64,000 bases of DNA from Eledone cirrhosa (GCA_964016885.1 OZ024745.1:115258001-115322000), one strand, 5' to 3'. Numbered from the stretch's first letter, positions 40,383 to 55,790 are shown. Notes: generated by a model from the sequence alone, not told the origin. Made by a program: numbers and translations.

Positions 40383-40779
40383 TGCGTGCGTGTGTGTGTG
40401 TCACTGTGTGTGTGTGTGTGTCTGTGTGTGTGTGTGTGTGTGTGTCACAGTGTGTGTGTCACTGTGTGTGTGTCACTATGTATATGTATATGAATATGAA
40501 CATTCTATATGTACATATGCATATATAATTCAAGCCACGTTTACAGCATATTACACCAGTGAGTTTTTAAATTCATGTCCTCTTATCGCACGACACTAAC
40601 ACGATTTCTTAATATTTCTTACTGCATTCTATTAATTTGCTATGTAACTTTCCTTTGCCTCTCTTTAATTCTCACCTTCACAATTGCTTTCCTAAGAAGT
40701 TGTAGACCCTCGAGTATCGAACATCCTCAGCTAAAAATGTTATAAATATTCTTCTCTACATATTGAGGTACTTTTCTCC

Positions 40780-40850
<71 letters not shown>

Positions 40851-42144
40851 ACACACATACACACACACACGCACGCACACACACACACACACACACACAA
40901 ACGCACACACACACACATACACACACACACACACATACACCAAATACACACACACCAAATACACCCCCCCCCACGCGCATGCATATATACTTTCCGTATT
41001 GTGTCCTTTTTCTCTCGTCCACTATCACTAATGTAAAAAAATACATTTGTAATATTGAAAGAGAGGAAAAGTACTCAATGCTAGAAGCATAGTATCAATT
41101 CAGCCAGCTAAAAATATCGGAAATTATGTTTCCACATGTAAGATAACGCTATAATGGAATGAAAACAACTCTAATATGTATTGAACAACAAGGGTCTCGC
41201 ATTGATATCTTGTCACTCCAAACATTGCTTAGCAAAATATAATAAAGATAACTTTTTGTTAAAATCTGAGGGAGAATTTGAAGATAAAACGAATTTGTAG
41301 AATCAAAGGAGCGCAAAGAAACCCACACGTTTAATTATTTGAATATTCAAACACATATATGTATGGCCTCGTAACTCCCGAGGGAGTCGTAGAGGCGCCG
41401 TATTGACATACGCCGTTTCTAGGACATTTTAAAACTCGGCGGAGCCCATCCTTCTCCAGATTTGAATACAGCTGATTTCTTCGAGAGAAGGACAAAGAGA
41501 TTGAGAGAATGGAAGTGAGAAAGAGATATAGAAGAAGAATCGACCTCAGTTCTAAACTGGTACTTTGTTATCGACCGACCGCGAATGGATGTTGACCTTG
41601 GCGGGATTTAAACACAGAAAGCTAAGAGCCGAAACGAATATCGCAAAGTATTCTATATGACGTTCTAACGACTTTGTCAATTCGCCGCCTACACACATAT
41701 ACAACTTCATGTAAAGATTCTTTCATGTGCCTACATTTACATACTATTACACTGCTACTTAACATATGATAAATGTGAATGAAGTCATCCACCATCTTAG
41801 GATATGTATGTGCATAAATTCACCCAAGTTTAAGTTTGAGCGAGTGTGTGCATCTGTTTCTCTTTGATCCTGAAATCCTAAGAATGATCTTCCCCACTCC
41901 AAATATTCACAAGAAGGTCACATATTTCGTTGACCAATGCTTGAAGTCACACGATATCAACACGTGACTCATGCTACTTAGCGAGAGGTACGACCCCTTC
42001 CGTCATTTTGCAACGTCATTTGCCAGTTCTATCCTTTTGGGCAAAAGAAAAAAAAAAAAAACGTTTTATTTGGAAACACGCAAACACACATATGCACACA
42101 CACACAACCACAGGCACACACACACACGCATACCACACACACAT

Positions 42145-42217
<73 letters not shown>

Positions 42218-42385
42218 ATTCAAAATTAAAAGATACATGTATATATATAGAGAGAGAGAAAGGAGCATTTAGGACAAAGGCTATTGACCTGGTTTATTGA
42301 AAAGCAAAAAAAACTTTCACTCCAAGAGTTGAGAAAGGAATGGAGAAGGTAGACTGAGGAAGGGACAGATTTACATTCACATCTA

Positions 42386-43118
42386 TAATTGTTTCTTCTT
42401 TTGGCACAAGGCCAGCAATTACCCAGTGGATTACTGGTACTTCATTTTATCGACCCCGTAAGGATGAAAGGCAAAGTTAACCTCGGCGGGATTTGAACTC
42501 AGAATGGCAAGGGGCCGTAACTCTATGCGTCAAAGCATGGCGTCCGACCCTCTACCGATACTGTCAATCCACCATGTCAGCTACTCAGAAAAAAAGGACC
42601 CTCGAAAAGGTGGATATGCAAATAATTAGAAAATCTTTTCCATAAGTGTTTTTGTGACTTCTCTTACCCCCTCCTCCCACCCCACTTCTAAAGCGATCTC
42701 TTTGAAACTAGACATGGGTTTTTCTCGAGATCGAAGTAATAAATGTTTCTACTTTTGGCACAAGGCCAGCAATCACCCAGTACATTACTGGTACTTTATT
42801 TTATCGACCCCCTAAGGATGAAAGGCAAAGTCAACCTCGGCGGGATTTGAACTCAGACTGTAAAGGGACGTAACTATGCTGGAAAGCATGGCGTCCGACT
42901 CTCTACCGATAAAGTAATAATTGTTTCTACTTTAGGCACAAGGTAAGCAAATTAGCCAGTACATTACTGGTACATTACTGGTACTTTATTTTATCGACCC
43001 CGTAAGGATGAAAGGCAAAGTCAACCTCGGCGGGATTTCAACTCAGACTGTAAAGGGACGGAACTATGCTAGAAAGCATGGCGTCCAACCCTCTACCGAT
43101 ACTGCCAATTCACCGCCC
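42386..43118 (-). mobile_element. Three Meta-type SINE copies (42386-42573, 42740-42910, 42917-43118)
   Basis: Near full-length reverse-complement matches to 234-423. Confidence 0.85.
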
Positions 43119-43279
43119 TTTCACAATCTTCCTAGCTTAGTCGACGAAACTAAAACTACTGTTAGTAGTATTGACAAACCTCCCTCTCCTTTTTAAATAG
43201 TCAGTCGGGATAAAGTGAGAGTGAAAACTGTTGGAGTGGACTGGGGCAGAGTGAAGTAAACATCATACATACACATACA

Positions 43280-43915
43280 CACCTGTAGAGACACAGCCAT
43301 ACACACACACATGTAAAGACACTGCCACACACGTACACACACACCTGTAGAGACACAGCCACACACATACACACACACAACTGTAGAGACACAGCCACAC
43401 ACATACACACACACAACTGTAGAGACACAGCCACACACACACATACAAACACCTGTAGAGACACAGCCACACACATTCACACACACAACTGTAGAGACAC
43501 AGCCACACACATTCACACACACAACTGTAGAGACACAGCCACACACATACACACACACAACTGTAGAGACACAGCCACACACACACATACAAACACCTGT
43601 AGAGACACAACCACACACATTCACACACACATCTGTAGATACACAGCCACACACACACACGCACATACCTGTAGAGACACAGCCACACACATACACACAC
43701 ATACACACATCTGTGGAGACACAGCCACACACACATACACACATACATACACCTGTAGAGACACAGCCACACACACATACACACATACATACACCTATAG
43801 AGACACAGCCGCGCCCACACACACACCTGTAGAGACACAGTCACACACACATACACACATACATACACCTATAGAGACACAGCCACACACACACACACCT
43901 GTGGAGACACAACCA
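43280..43915. repeat. Minisatellite of about 38 bp (CTGTAGAGACACAGCCACACAC + CA spacer)
   Basis: About 16 visible units. Confidence 0.9.
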
Positions 43916-44859
43916 CACGTGAACAGACAGACAAGACACAGAAGATATACTAAGGCGGGGGGGGGGGGGGGTGTAAAGCGAACGTGGGATGGTTATTACC
44001 TGTTATTCCTGGCCTAAATCACATCTGGAAGACATACACAGACTCTCCATAGCGTTGATTGAAAGAACAATGTAGCAGAGAGATAAACACAGGTACACAC
44101 ACATACATACACACACTGCCACAGAAATGGAGGCGAGAGAGAAGGCGGGGAGAGAATAATAAACTGTTTAGAGTGACAAGGAGAGAGAGAGAAAAAAGAG
44201 AAAAGACGAAATCAATCAACAGTTACAATTTATCAATATTTCCAAAGACAGGTAAGACTTATTTTTGTTAAGAAATTAAAAAAAGAAAATGAACAGATTT
44301 TTGTTTACCGTACATTACGTTACACGTGTCTGTGTTGGAAGAGAGTGTAAAGCTGTATACACATATGCTCTCATACGCATACATACATACATACATACAT
44401 ACATACATACATACATACATACACACATACATACATACACATACGTACATACACATATACATACACACACATATACACACACACACATACATACACACAC
44501 ACACATACACATACATGCACACACACACACACATGCACATACACACACACACACCATACATACACAAACGCACACACACACATAGACACACATACACACA
44601 CATACACAAACACACATACACACACATACACACATACACACACATACACACACATACACACACTCACACACCACACACACATACACACACACATACACAT
44701 AAACGCAAACACACACACATACATACACATACACATACGCAAACACACACACATAAACGCACAGAGCGCAACACAAAGGTATTGGGTTGAAGAATCCATT
44801 TTACACACACCTCTTTCTCTCTTTCTCTACCTCTCTCTCTCTTCCTACACATGCACACC

Positions 44860-44893
<34 letters not shown>

Positions 44894-45547
44894 CATAAGC
44901 ATGTGTATATGTGTGTGTTGTGTACACTCATACAAATGTGTTTACATCCATCCATACATACATACATACAGACATATACATACATATATACATACATACA
45001 CACATATACATGCATATATACATTCATACATCCATACATACATAATTTTAATTTTAATTATTGTACAATTCTCGTATAATATATGTCGCATCCATTCCAC
45101 CCTGTAAATACGAAACTGTTGCTTACAACATCAATATATATGTATCTATATTATTGTTCAGTTGACTAGGAGGTTAATTACATCTACAAACATTGATAAT
45201 GCTCCGATGATTCCAAACGAGAGTTTGGAAGAAACGATTGTCAGCTATTAAATGATTTGAACACAACTTTGATAATTGTCTAATTTATTTATTTTCCTGC
45301 TCTGTAAAACAACTGATGTTCTTACATTGAGCTATTTCTTTTACTGGTAATAAGGTAGTAGGAAATTACTGACCTTTCCTGTTTATAGTTGATTACGTCC
45401 CTTTACGATCTGAGTTAAAATCCCGCCGAGGTTGACTTTGCCTTTCATCCTTACGGGGTCGATAAAATAAAGTACCAGTAATGCACTGGGTAATTGCTGG
45501 CCTTGTGCCTAAAGTAGAAACAATTATAGTATATTCATAACTATAAA

Positions 45548-45634
<87 letters not shown>

Positions 45635-45646
45635 GTACATATATAT

Positions 45647-46200
45647 ATTGTTATACTTTTGGAGGGTCATGTTGCCAATAAGAAACACACGCACCAGTTG
45701 CTTTCACTCCTATTTATTATAAATTAAATTTATAAATTTAAGAATTTATAAATTTCCGGTTGGTTGGTTGGTTCCACAACCAGACGGTTGTTCATATATT
45801 GTCAAAGTTCTTTCGTCACACATTCTGTGACCTCTTCAGTGACTGAGGATTCTTCTCTTTGTTTTGTGCCTCTCCTTTGTTCTGTCCTACGCCATCTTGA
45901 TTTTGTGCTTTTGCACAAAACAAAGAGAAGAATTTCCAGTCACTGAAGAGGTCACAGAATGTGTGACGAAAGAACTTTGACAATATATGAACAACCGTCC
46001 GGTTGTGGAACCAACCAACCAACCAACTAACCGGAAATTTATAAATTCTTAAATTTATGAATTTAATTTATAATAAATTGGAGTGAAAGCAACTGGTGCG
46101 TGTGTTTCTTATTGGCAACATGACCCTTCCAAAGTATAACAATATCGGTTTCAACACACGTTTTCAGATAAAGAATCTTGCTAAACAAATTCAGAAACTA
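45647..46200. mobile_element. Palindromic PLE-derived element with hammerhead-like motifs at 45801-45843(-) and 45939-45981(+)
   Basis: Arms 45647-45865 / 45915-46143 and tail 46144-46200. Motif GTCA-CTGAAGA-G-GTCACA-GAATG-TGTGAC-GAAA-GAAC-TT-TGAC. The arm matches the 3' end of the PLE at 50101-51135. Confidence 0.88.
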
Positions 46201-46224
46201 CATATATATATATATATATATATT

Positions 46225-46692
46225 TACTGTATTTGGGAGTAAAGATTGGGAATCCGCCTCTTCATTGCTGTAGTGGAGTCTGTGCTGCTGTACGGGTCTG
46301 AGATTTGGACACTGACCAAGAAACTCACTCAGATGGTGGATGGGTGCTACACGAGAATGCTGAGGATGGCTCTGAACATTAATCAGTATACACTGAGGAT
46401 GAAAAACTCAGAGCTGTATGGGAGCCTCCCAAACGTCAGCTCAAAAGTGACACAGAGGAGACTGAGGTTAGCCGGACAAGCTCACCGACATCCAGAGTTG
46501 ACATTGCACTCAGTGCTCCTGTGGGAGCCCCTACATGGACACACTGGAAGAGGAAGACCAAGGTTAACGTATGTTGATACCCTAGGGACAGACACTGGTC
46601 TGTTGGAGACGCAGGACATGGCAGCGATAATGAGGGACAGAGACCGCTGGAGAGAACTCGTCCATGGATCTCGGGAATTTTACCCACCCTAG
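46225..46692 (+). mobile_element. 3' fragment of RTE family (EFYPP type)
   Basis: ORF 46246-46692 is nearly identical to the C-terminus of the 3349-4683 ORF. Confidence 0.9.
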
Positions 46693-46723
46693 GAAAATAT
46701 ATATACGTATATACACATATACA

Positions 46724-46809
46724 TATATTGGGCCTTCAAGTATGAAATTTGTAGAAATTTGTAAAAAAAATACAAATCTCTACAAATTTCATACTTGACG
46801 ATCCAATAT
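46724..46809. repeat. Imperfect 86-bp palindrome in TA-rich context
   Basis: TCAAGTATGAAATTTGTAGA...TCTACAAATTTCATACTTGA. Confidence 0.85.
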
Positions 46810-47573
46810 ATATTTATATATATATATATATATGTATATATAGTATGGTTACACATACACACACATAGGAGGAAAGGAAACCCCCTTCGGTCATGAATGA
46901 CAATGGAATTTGCACTGAGAAAGTTCTCCTCCGAGGTACAAGTCCGGGCAAGGTTGTAGAAGACTAGCAGTTACACATAATTGCCAGACTCCCTTCACCA
47001 CTGATGTTGTCCAAGAGAAAGGCAATGGCCGATACAGCTTGGTACCAGTGATGTCTACAGTTACTGAGTAAACTGGAGCAACGTGAAATAAAGTGTTTTG
47101 TTCAAGGACACAGCGTATCACTTGGTCCGAGAATCGAACTCACAACCTTACGATTGCAAGCCCAATGCTCTACACATATATTTTAATAAATAAAGATAGA
47201 ATCTACTACAGTGTATTTGGCTATAGCGATTTATAACGTTTCCCTAGCTCAAACACTACAAATTAAAGAAAGCGAGGATTTGAGGAATAGGAAAGAAGAA
47301 CACTTGAGAAATATACGGTTATTTCATTGGACGGCGAGAAAGACGGGATGTTGAAAGAGAAATATTACTTCATACAAACGTTTATTGCATTTGGTATTCG
47401 GTAATAAGTTCCCACACTAAACAAAAACATTGGGTAGTGTTACCTGGTTTTTTACTTTATCAGTTCAAATATTTAGTGGGGATATTTTTGGAGCTCCGTG
47501 GAAGACGAACACGCGCGCAGACACGCGCGCACGCACACATGCACACAGACACAGACACACACACACACACAGA

Positions 47574-47614
<41 letters not shown>

Positions 47615-47621
<7 letters not shown>

Positions 47622-47942
47622 TATATAAATATAAAGAACAAAACGGTGTTTTACATTAATGTCTTTATTGATTAAGCACAGTTCCGACTGTTTCACTGAT
47701 GGGTGGCTCAGGACCCAAATTAATGCTATAGACCCGTCTCCAGCCCAATTTACTCATTGCAAAACAAAAATCTCATGAGATTTTTGTTTTGCTTGATAAT
47801 CAAGTCATGAAGATATTCGGCTGGAGTCAGGTCTATAGCATTAACATGGATCCTGAGCCACCAATCAGCGAAACAGTCGTAACTGTGTATAATCAATAAA
47901 GAACTTAATATGAAACCTCGTTTTGTTCTTAATATATACACT
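47615..47942. repeat. Diverged fold-back element of about 330 bp
   Basis: Perfect centre CAAAACAAAAATCTCA|TGAGATTTTTGTTTTG; the outer arms match imperfectly (CGACTGTTTC..GGTGGCTCAGGA / TCCTGAGCCACC..GAAACAGTCG). Confidence 0.8.
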
Positions 47943-48091
47943 CTGCTTATGTTGCGTACGTGCGTCCGTATATATTTGAATGTGTACGCATGATTTATAT
48001 ATGTATAAGCTTGTGTGGGTATGTCTGTGGTTATATATGTGTATGTGTATATATATATATATGTATATGTATATATGTATATAGATATATA

Positions 48092-48154
<63 letters not shown>

Positions 48155-48251
48155 TGAAATTTCCGTTGGAAACAGAAAAGGTCATAGAAATGAAGAGTGC
48201 TCTATGTAAGTATCAGAGCAAAATTTAATGTATAAAAATCAATACAATATA

Positions 48252-48329
48252 ATTACCTCATTACCAGAGGTTTCCCGAATGAGGCGAATACGAAATAAAC
48301 GACTTCATTCGTTCGTCAGACGAGGCAAT
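48252..48329 (-). ncRNA. Type I hammerhead ribozyme motif
   Basis: Minus strand ATTGCCTCGT-CTGACGA-ACGAATGA...TCATTCGG-GAAA-CC-TCT-GG-TA-ATGAGGTAAT; 10-bp stem I with G-U pairs. Confidence 0.8.
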
Positions 48330-48690
48330 ATAAAACATGGGCAAATACTTAGAAAAACTCATCAAGAAAATCAAAAAAAGATATAGACAAATGAAATAGA
48401 AATTGAAATATATAAAAATCTATCAAGAAATATAGTTAGGTGTGTATATATGTATGTATATACGCTCACAGATGTGCATATATGTATATGCACACATGTA
48501 TACGTATAGTGAGAAAGTGTGCGTAATTCTAAAATTTAGGGCAAATGTATCTATATGTCTGTAATCTACAGACAGAATAGTTACATCATAAATATATTAT
48601 TATGAAGGCGCGCGCATAAAACGCCTGCACACTCGTACACTTAGATGCGGAAAGAAAGGAGGTAAGCGAGTGTAATAATTAAAAGAAAAG

Positions 48691-48726
<36 letters not shown>

Positions 48727-48839
48727 GAATAGCTTTCACCGTATTTTTGACTAAAGGAATTTTAGCCTGATAATGGGGTTTAGAACCCTCAGATATATGG
48801 AAAAAGATGAGTATTGACGTACATGTATATATATATACT

Positions 48840-48916
<77 letters not shown>

Positions 48917-48917
<1 letters not shown>

Positions 48918-49268
48918 AAAGTTCTATTTAAATTGTTGGGATACAACAAGCAAATATTTTTATAACTGATATAAAGCACTCGACAAATATTTGGAGTAGA
49001 TATACGATATTAATAAATGGAAACTATATTTATAAAACCATATTTATTTCATTATATATATTTCAAGGATACCAAGTTAAATTATGGTATGCCTTCATCA
49101 GACAAAATACAATATATAACAGTTTTATAAATAGTCAATGTCTATTTATAAAACTGTTATATATTGTATTTTGTCTGATGAAGGCATACCATAATTTAAC
49201 TTGGTATCCTTGAAATATATATAATGAAATAAATATGGTTTTATAAATAGTTTCCATTTATTAATATC

Positions 49269-49272
<4 letters not shown>
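48917..49272. mobile_element. Short palindromic element with hammerheads at 49045-49109(-) and 49167-49231(+)
   Basis: Arms about 49000-49134 / 49142-49272 and left tail. TATTTTGT-CTGATGA-AGGCATACCA..TGGTATCCTT-GAAA-TATATA-TA-ATGAAATA. Inside (TA)n. Confidence 0.88.
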
Positions 49273-49347
<75 letters not shown>

Positions 49348-50017
49348 GTGTGTATGTGTGTTTGTATGTATACGTTTGTGTGCGTGTGTGTATATATTTA
49401 CGTATGTTTGTATTTATATTTATATATTTATTTATTCCCCCCCCCCACCTTTCGTTGTCAACACACCCCTTTATGCTTTTATTTTTATTTCTTATCCTTT
49501 ATTTTTATTTTTTTATTTTTATTTTAATTTTATTTATTCATATATGTTCCCCAACTACCTCCTAATGTACCATGTAGTATCATGCCTATACGTGTGATTA
49601 CGTGTATGTGCACACTTAAGCGTAAGTGTGCGCGCGTGTGTCTGAACTTTTGTGCGTCTGTGTATACGTGCGTACATAGGCAGATGTCCGTATGTATGTT
49701 TACACATGCTTGTATGTGCTTGAGTAGATATATGTATGTGTGTATGTATTTATATATATGCACATATGTATATATATATATATTTCCAAATTGAAGGATA
49801 GGTAACTATTTTATCATGAGTTAAGGCTCTATTGATTTTTCCCTGGATTTCACTAAATTCTGTGGTTGAATTTATATCCTGATTCTCTTTAGGATGAGTT
49901 TAAATTATTTTTCCCACATCTTACGTTAACTATTTTTCCCATTTTGACGCTATAGTCACTTATATACTATGGAATGCTGTTCGCTTTTCACTGCAGTGTT
50001 TTCTATACCTTTCATTT

Positions 50018-50100
<83 letters not shown>

Positions 50101-50106
<6 letters not shown>

Positions 50107-51135
50107 ATGCTTTGGGAGAGTCGTGTTGCCAATAAGAAACACATGCACCAGTTGCTTTCACTCCAATTTATTATAAATTAAATTTATAAATTTAAGAATT
50201 TATAAATTTCCGGTTGGTTGGTTGGTTCCATAACCGGATGGTTGTTCATATATTGTCAAAGTTCTTTCGTCACACATTCTGTGACCTCTTCAGTGACTGG
50301 GGATTCTTTTCTTTGTTTTGTGCCTCTCCTTTGTTTTGTCCTACGCCATCTTTTTTTTGTGTGTGTTGTGTGCTTAGTTTGCGCATGTGTTACATCCGAG
50401 TGTCTGTGTGTGTTTTTATCTGTTTATTTATTTGTTTATTTACAAGTTACTGGTTGGTTGTTTGTTCTATGTGTGTGTGTGTTTTCATTTTGTCCTTTAA
50501 TTGTAAGTTGTGATGTTGCTATTCCATTCATGTTTTCTATTTAATTTGGTTGGAGTTCATTTATGTTTATTGCCTCTGTGATTTGTCTAAACATTGCGTC
50601 TTTTCTGTATGTAGATTCTATTTTTATTTCTATGTTCTCTAATTTGCCCTTATGTTCTATTTTAGCATGTTGGTGGAGTATTGATGATTCTTTTTTATCT
50701 TGAAGTTCTTGCCAGTGTTCATTTAACCGTTCTCCTATACTACGAGCTGTCTCACCTATGTACACTATATTCTAATCTTTTCATTCTCCTTCAGTACATC
50801 TTATGCTATATACTACATTTCTAGTTTTACAGTTAATATGGGGCTTAGTTTACAGATTATGCATTTCTTATCTATACAGGGAGGTCTTTGAAAAGGGTAT
50901 GTATTGCTAATAAGTGTTTTTATGGAGGTACCTGGTCTTTCTACTATCTAAATATTAAGTTTATATTTATCTAGGGCCCTTCTAAATTTGTAAGCTAATT
51001 CACCTCTAGGGGTTGTATTGATGAACATTACACTCTGGTATTTATTGCTATCATACCATGAGTTTATTCTATTAACTTTATTCCTAGTTCTTTCTATTCT
51101 ATTCCAACATTTGCTCCTACACAAGGGGCATAATT
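50101..51135 (-). mobile_element. 5'-truncated Penelope-like element (GIY-YIG remnant 50535-51135; hammerhead-like motif 50255-50297)
   Basis: SWYDSNKYQSVMFINTTPRGELA; YIGETARSIGERLNEH...ILHQH...RQITEAININELQP; 3' end at (TA)n. Confidence 0.88.
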
Positions 51136-51827
51136 TCATTTCTAACCAATCAAATTATATTTATTAAAAAAAAGCCTTCGTGAGCCACTTTTTTTAAAGT
51201 AAAAAGAAATTCAAACAAACTTACGCAAAAGCTGATATACTTATTACCGTAACTACATCAACCAACCAAACTTCACTCATATATGAAAAAACAACCTGCT
51301 ATATTCACTGAACCAGAACAATTCTCCCATCCCATTTCTCTTGACCATTATCTTTTGTTTGTCATAAAATTCTCTAAAAGGCTACAAAATAAATTCCCAA
51401 ATACAGGCGCGAATTTAATGAACTTGTTTACGTGACAGCATTAATTTCATTTATAACCAATCAAATTACATTTATAAAAAAAAGCCTTCGTGAGCCCCTT
51501 TTTTTAAGTAAAAAGAAATTCAAACACTCATATATGAAAAAACAACCTGACCCCCCCCCCTTATTTGAAGAACTTTGTAACGCGAACTCGTGTGAAATTT
51601 ATTATACTTATTGACCAACCAATCAAATTACTTCTCTAAAAACCTGGCGTTTCGAGCCACTTTTTTCCATATAAAACAAGTAACATTCAAAGACCAACCA
51701 GATGTGAGAAAAACCACAGACCCTCCATCTCAACTCTACTTTTGAAAAGCAGAAGAACTGCGAATCCGGTAAAGGAACCAAATAAATATATATATATTTT
51801 TTTAATAAGACTCCAGTTGCATTTTCG

Positions 51828-51859
<32 letters not shown>

Positions 51860-51864
<5 letters not shown>

Positions 51865-54409
51865 ATATTAAATAAATGGAAACTATATTTATAAAACCAT
51901 ATTTATTTTATTATATGTATTTCAAGGGTACCAAGACAACATTGGTACGCTTTCATCAGATAAAATACAAAGTTTGTTTTATAAATAGAAACGTACCCTT
52001 GAAAATCATACCTAATCGGTTGGAAATTCACTGGATAGTGGAAATATATTAGGGATTATTCAAACTTATGTGTGAATATGCAAATGAATATGTAAATAAT
52101 TGAAAAACAACCGTTTATTTAAACTACTATGGAGAAAGAGAGAGAGAAGATATAAGGGGAGAAAGATAAAAAAATAGTACGGGAGAGATAGAGAAGAAAT
52201 AAACAAGAGAGGATGAATAAAACTCATATAACGCTAATTTGGGGGAAATATATTCTAAGTATATATCTTAATAGTACGTGTATTTACGATTATTAGTTGT
52301 TTAAAATTCGTTTATAATATATTTTCTGTTATAAGTAGATAAATAAATAAATAAATAGATAAATAAATAAATAGATGGGTATATCAAGTTATAGATAATT
52401 GTTTTAATGAGTTATGAGGGATATTGGTTTTGTATTTAATGTATATACATATTAAGTTAAATTAAATTAAATTAATTGAGTTAATAAGAATATTTATATT
52501 TATATATTTTAAAATGGGAAGATACGGAAAAACTCCAGTTTAATTTATTTATTCGTTAGTATGAGACTATTTAGTCAAAATAAGTATAAATGTTGAAAGA
52601 TATATTTAGCCAGAATCAGTTAGTGGTTATAAATCTAATAAAAAACATTGAAAAAATATAAAAAATTTGAGAAAATTAAAATAAATAATAATTTATAAGA
52701 GATAAAGAAATAATAATTTATAAGAGATAAAGAAATAAAAATAAAGAATTAAAAATTATTAAGATTAAAATTACAATTAAAATTAAAATTTAAAAAAAAT
52801 TAGAATTATATATGTATATATTTTATGAAACTTTAAGAAGTGGAATTATAGCAAATGTTATAGATATTATGATTTAGGGATATCAATATATTAAAACCAA
52901 GTGGATAAGATTGTTATGGAAATAAGTAGAAATATTATAAGTATAATTATAATTTATATATAGTTCTGAATGTTGAAATTCAGGCGATGTCTACAAGAAT
53001 TAAATAAATTCGTTCTTAGATTAATAGAGTTCTTACATTTAAGTATGAAACAGATTTCCTCAACACACAATTTGCAGAATCTAGATAAAGCTTTGTTTCG
53101 GTACGCGAGTGCTTATGAAACTATTTCCCAAGTTAATGAATAGACAATATTCTTGCATTTTAAGTTCCATATCAGGTTTGAAAGAGAAGTTGGAGATTTT
53201 TTATCAAATCTTCGGAAAGAGCATGTGATTATTCCAGCAACTTTTAAATTCTGTAGAAGTTGCACCGACATAGTTAAATATATTATCAATGGTTTTAACT
53301 GTACATTTATAGACCACGTCCTTATCTAAACACTGATTTTGTAAAGGACAGTTTGATTTAATTCTACAGTTACATTTTGCGGAGTTGTTGTTATTCAGAA
53401 CGGTACTATTATGTTGGATATTGCTAGAGATATAACTGCTATTTTGGTTATTTTGGTTAGGGTTTACATTTCTATTATTAATTCTATTTATATTTTGTGC
53501 TATGTTCATAGTAGTAGAGTAGGATAGTTTTATAGTATGTCTGTTAAAGATTGAGTGGTATCTGTGGGCTTTAGGAAAACATTTTACTAGTGCTTTAAAG
53601 AATAGCCTTGTTAAAGGTGTTTTTACGCTTAATGAGAATGGGGGTGAGTACCAAATATTACTAGTTCTATTTCTTCTGTTAGTTTTAGAGTTTAAGTTAA
53701 ATTTGTTATTATAATTATAATTAATCGTAGGGTTATTTGCCTTATTACTGTTGTCGATGTATTTAATCTTATTTATATAGCCTGCTCTATTTAAAGCTTC
53801 ATTATAATATTCTGCCTTATCGTCAAAAATGTTTTTATTAGCGGAGATGCGTGAAATACGTTGTTGGATAGAATTGACAATAGTGTTCTTGATAGATCTA
53901 GGATGATTAGAGTTAAAACTTACATAGTTTAGATTCTCATTAATTTTATGGAATGGATAGTAGAGCCCTGTGTTAAGGTTTAATGTTACGTCTAAAAAGT
54001 TAACAATTTTATAGTTATTCTCTATTTCTAACTTAAGGTTGTAGCTATTGAAGAATTGTATTATGGATTTTCTTTTCCTATTAATTTCACAATTACTATG
54101 ATTTTCAATTAAAAGCAGCATATCATCACGATATCATCACGATATAAACCACCATCTCTGGTATTTTTCTATGCAGTGTATTATTAATAAATAACCCCAC
54201 AAGACCGTTATTTGTATTTTATCTGATGAAAGCGTACCAATGTCTTGGTACCCTTGAAAAATATATAATAAAATAAATATGGTTTTATAAATATAGTTTC
54301 CATTTATTTAATATCATTGAATATTTACTCCAGTAATCTGTTGAGTGCTCTAAATCAGTTATAAACATTTATATTTGTCGGACTTCCAACAAATTAAATA
54401 CCCCTTCTA

Positions 54410-54410
<1 letters not shown>
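51860..54410 (-). mobile_element. Penelope-like element (coding about 52960-54165) with inverted hammerhead-bearing termini (51904-51967 -, 54215-54275 +)
   Basis: GGLYRDD catalytic motif, VNFLDVTLNL, SNHP, CNCRIKSNCPLQNQC, VVYKC..YVGATS. The termini match the 49-kb and 61.6-kb palindromes, with (TA)n on both sides. Confidence 0.92.
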
Positions 54411-54487
<77 letters not shown>

Positions 54488-54587
54488 CGTAAGTTATGTA
54501 TGCATGTATTTATGTGTGTATGCCTATATATTATATTATATGGATATATATTTCTGACCAAAGTGATAAACTATATCATATTACTTC

Positions 54588-54684
<97 letters not shown>

Positions 54685-54685
54685 G

Positions 54686-54795
54686 TGTTTGAAATAACGA
54701 AATCTAAGGATATCCTATTAAATAAACGAAAGGAATTAATTATATCATGTAATCATAAATTGAGAAGAACTTTTAAATATTATAAACCTAATTAA
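54686..54795 (+). pseudogene. Extreme C-terminus of a PLE ORF following (TA)n
   Basis: [35 protein letters not shown] resembles the LLNKxxE..CxH ends of the other PLE ORFs. Confidence 0.6.
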
Positions 54796-55716
54796 TATAC
54801 ACTTTAGAAATTATTATTATTTTTTTTTAAAAATTAGTTAACCTATAATTAATATTCGACTACTAATGAACTGCATAATTTTATTTCCCTTTTACAGCTA
54901 TCTTTTCCTAAAATTTATACCAATAAGTATACATATAAACTATTTTAATTTCAGGTTATGATTCTATATTCCTTATAATCTATATAAATTTGTTATTTCT
55001 CACTAATAAATTTAACCCCCCCCCCCAATAATAATAATTATTATTTTTTTATTTTCCCTTCGTTTTTAACAGCACTCTTCAATTACATCTAGCTCTTATT
55101 TATCATATCTATATGAATTAATATAAATTTATCAATATAAATATACCTATCAATTTAATTAATTTATTTTCTTTTTATAGATGTAAATTCCCTATATTTT
55201 AAATAAGATTGATATTTTTCACTAACACATTTATCGTAAAATGTTATTCTCCTTAGATATTTACATTAGCATTATTCTTTTATAACATCAATTTTTCGTG
55301 TACCTTTTACCGACTTGACCTATTTTTATCCCTAAAATAATCTTTTCATATCATACTCTTTCCATTCAAAACTGAAATCTGCTTTCCTCTACCCCTAAAT
55401 TAAAGTTATATTACTACTATTCTACCATCTTGACAACTTACTACCTTTCTATTGGTCAATTCAAAACCTGTTCCCAAACAGACCTATTATATTAAATCTT
55501 TGTTGGTTTTTTTTCAATAAACAAATATCATTATTTCTGAAAACAGCATATATATGTGTAGGTATGTATATTCCCTCTGATAGTTTGTAAAAATTTTACA
55601 TAGATCTATATGATATACATACCAACACAAACATATATATCCTAGAAACGATCGTAAAATGATGAATTTTTTAATATAAGGAACTGTTTCTTTGTTTTTA
55701 TTCATTATTTTTATTA

Positions 55717-55790
<74 letters not shown>

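Noticed and set aside
43193-43915. Cys-rich metallothionein/keratin-like ORFs
   Set aside because: Translation of a CA-rich minisatellite.
48760-48815. CTGATAA-TGGGGTT/AACCCT hammerhead candidate
   Set aside because: Both core segments are mutated; at best a dead relic, not counted.
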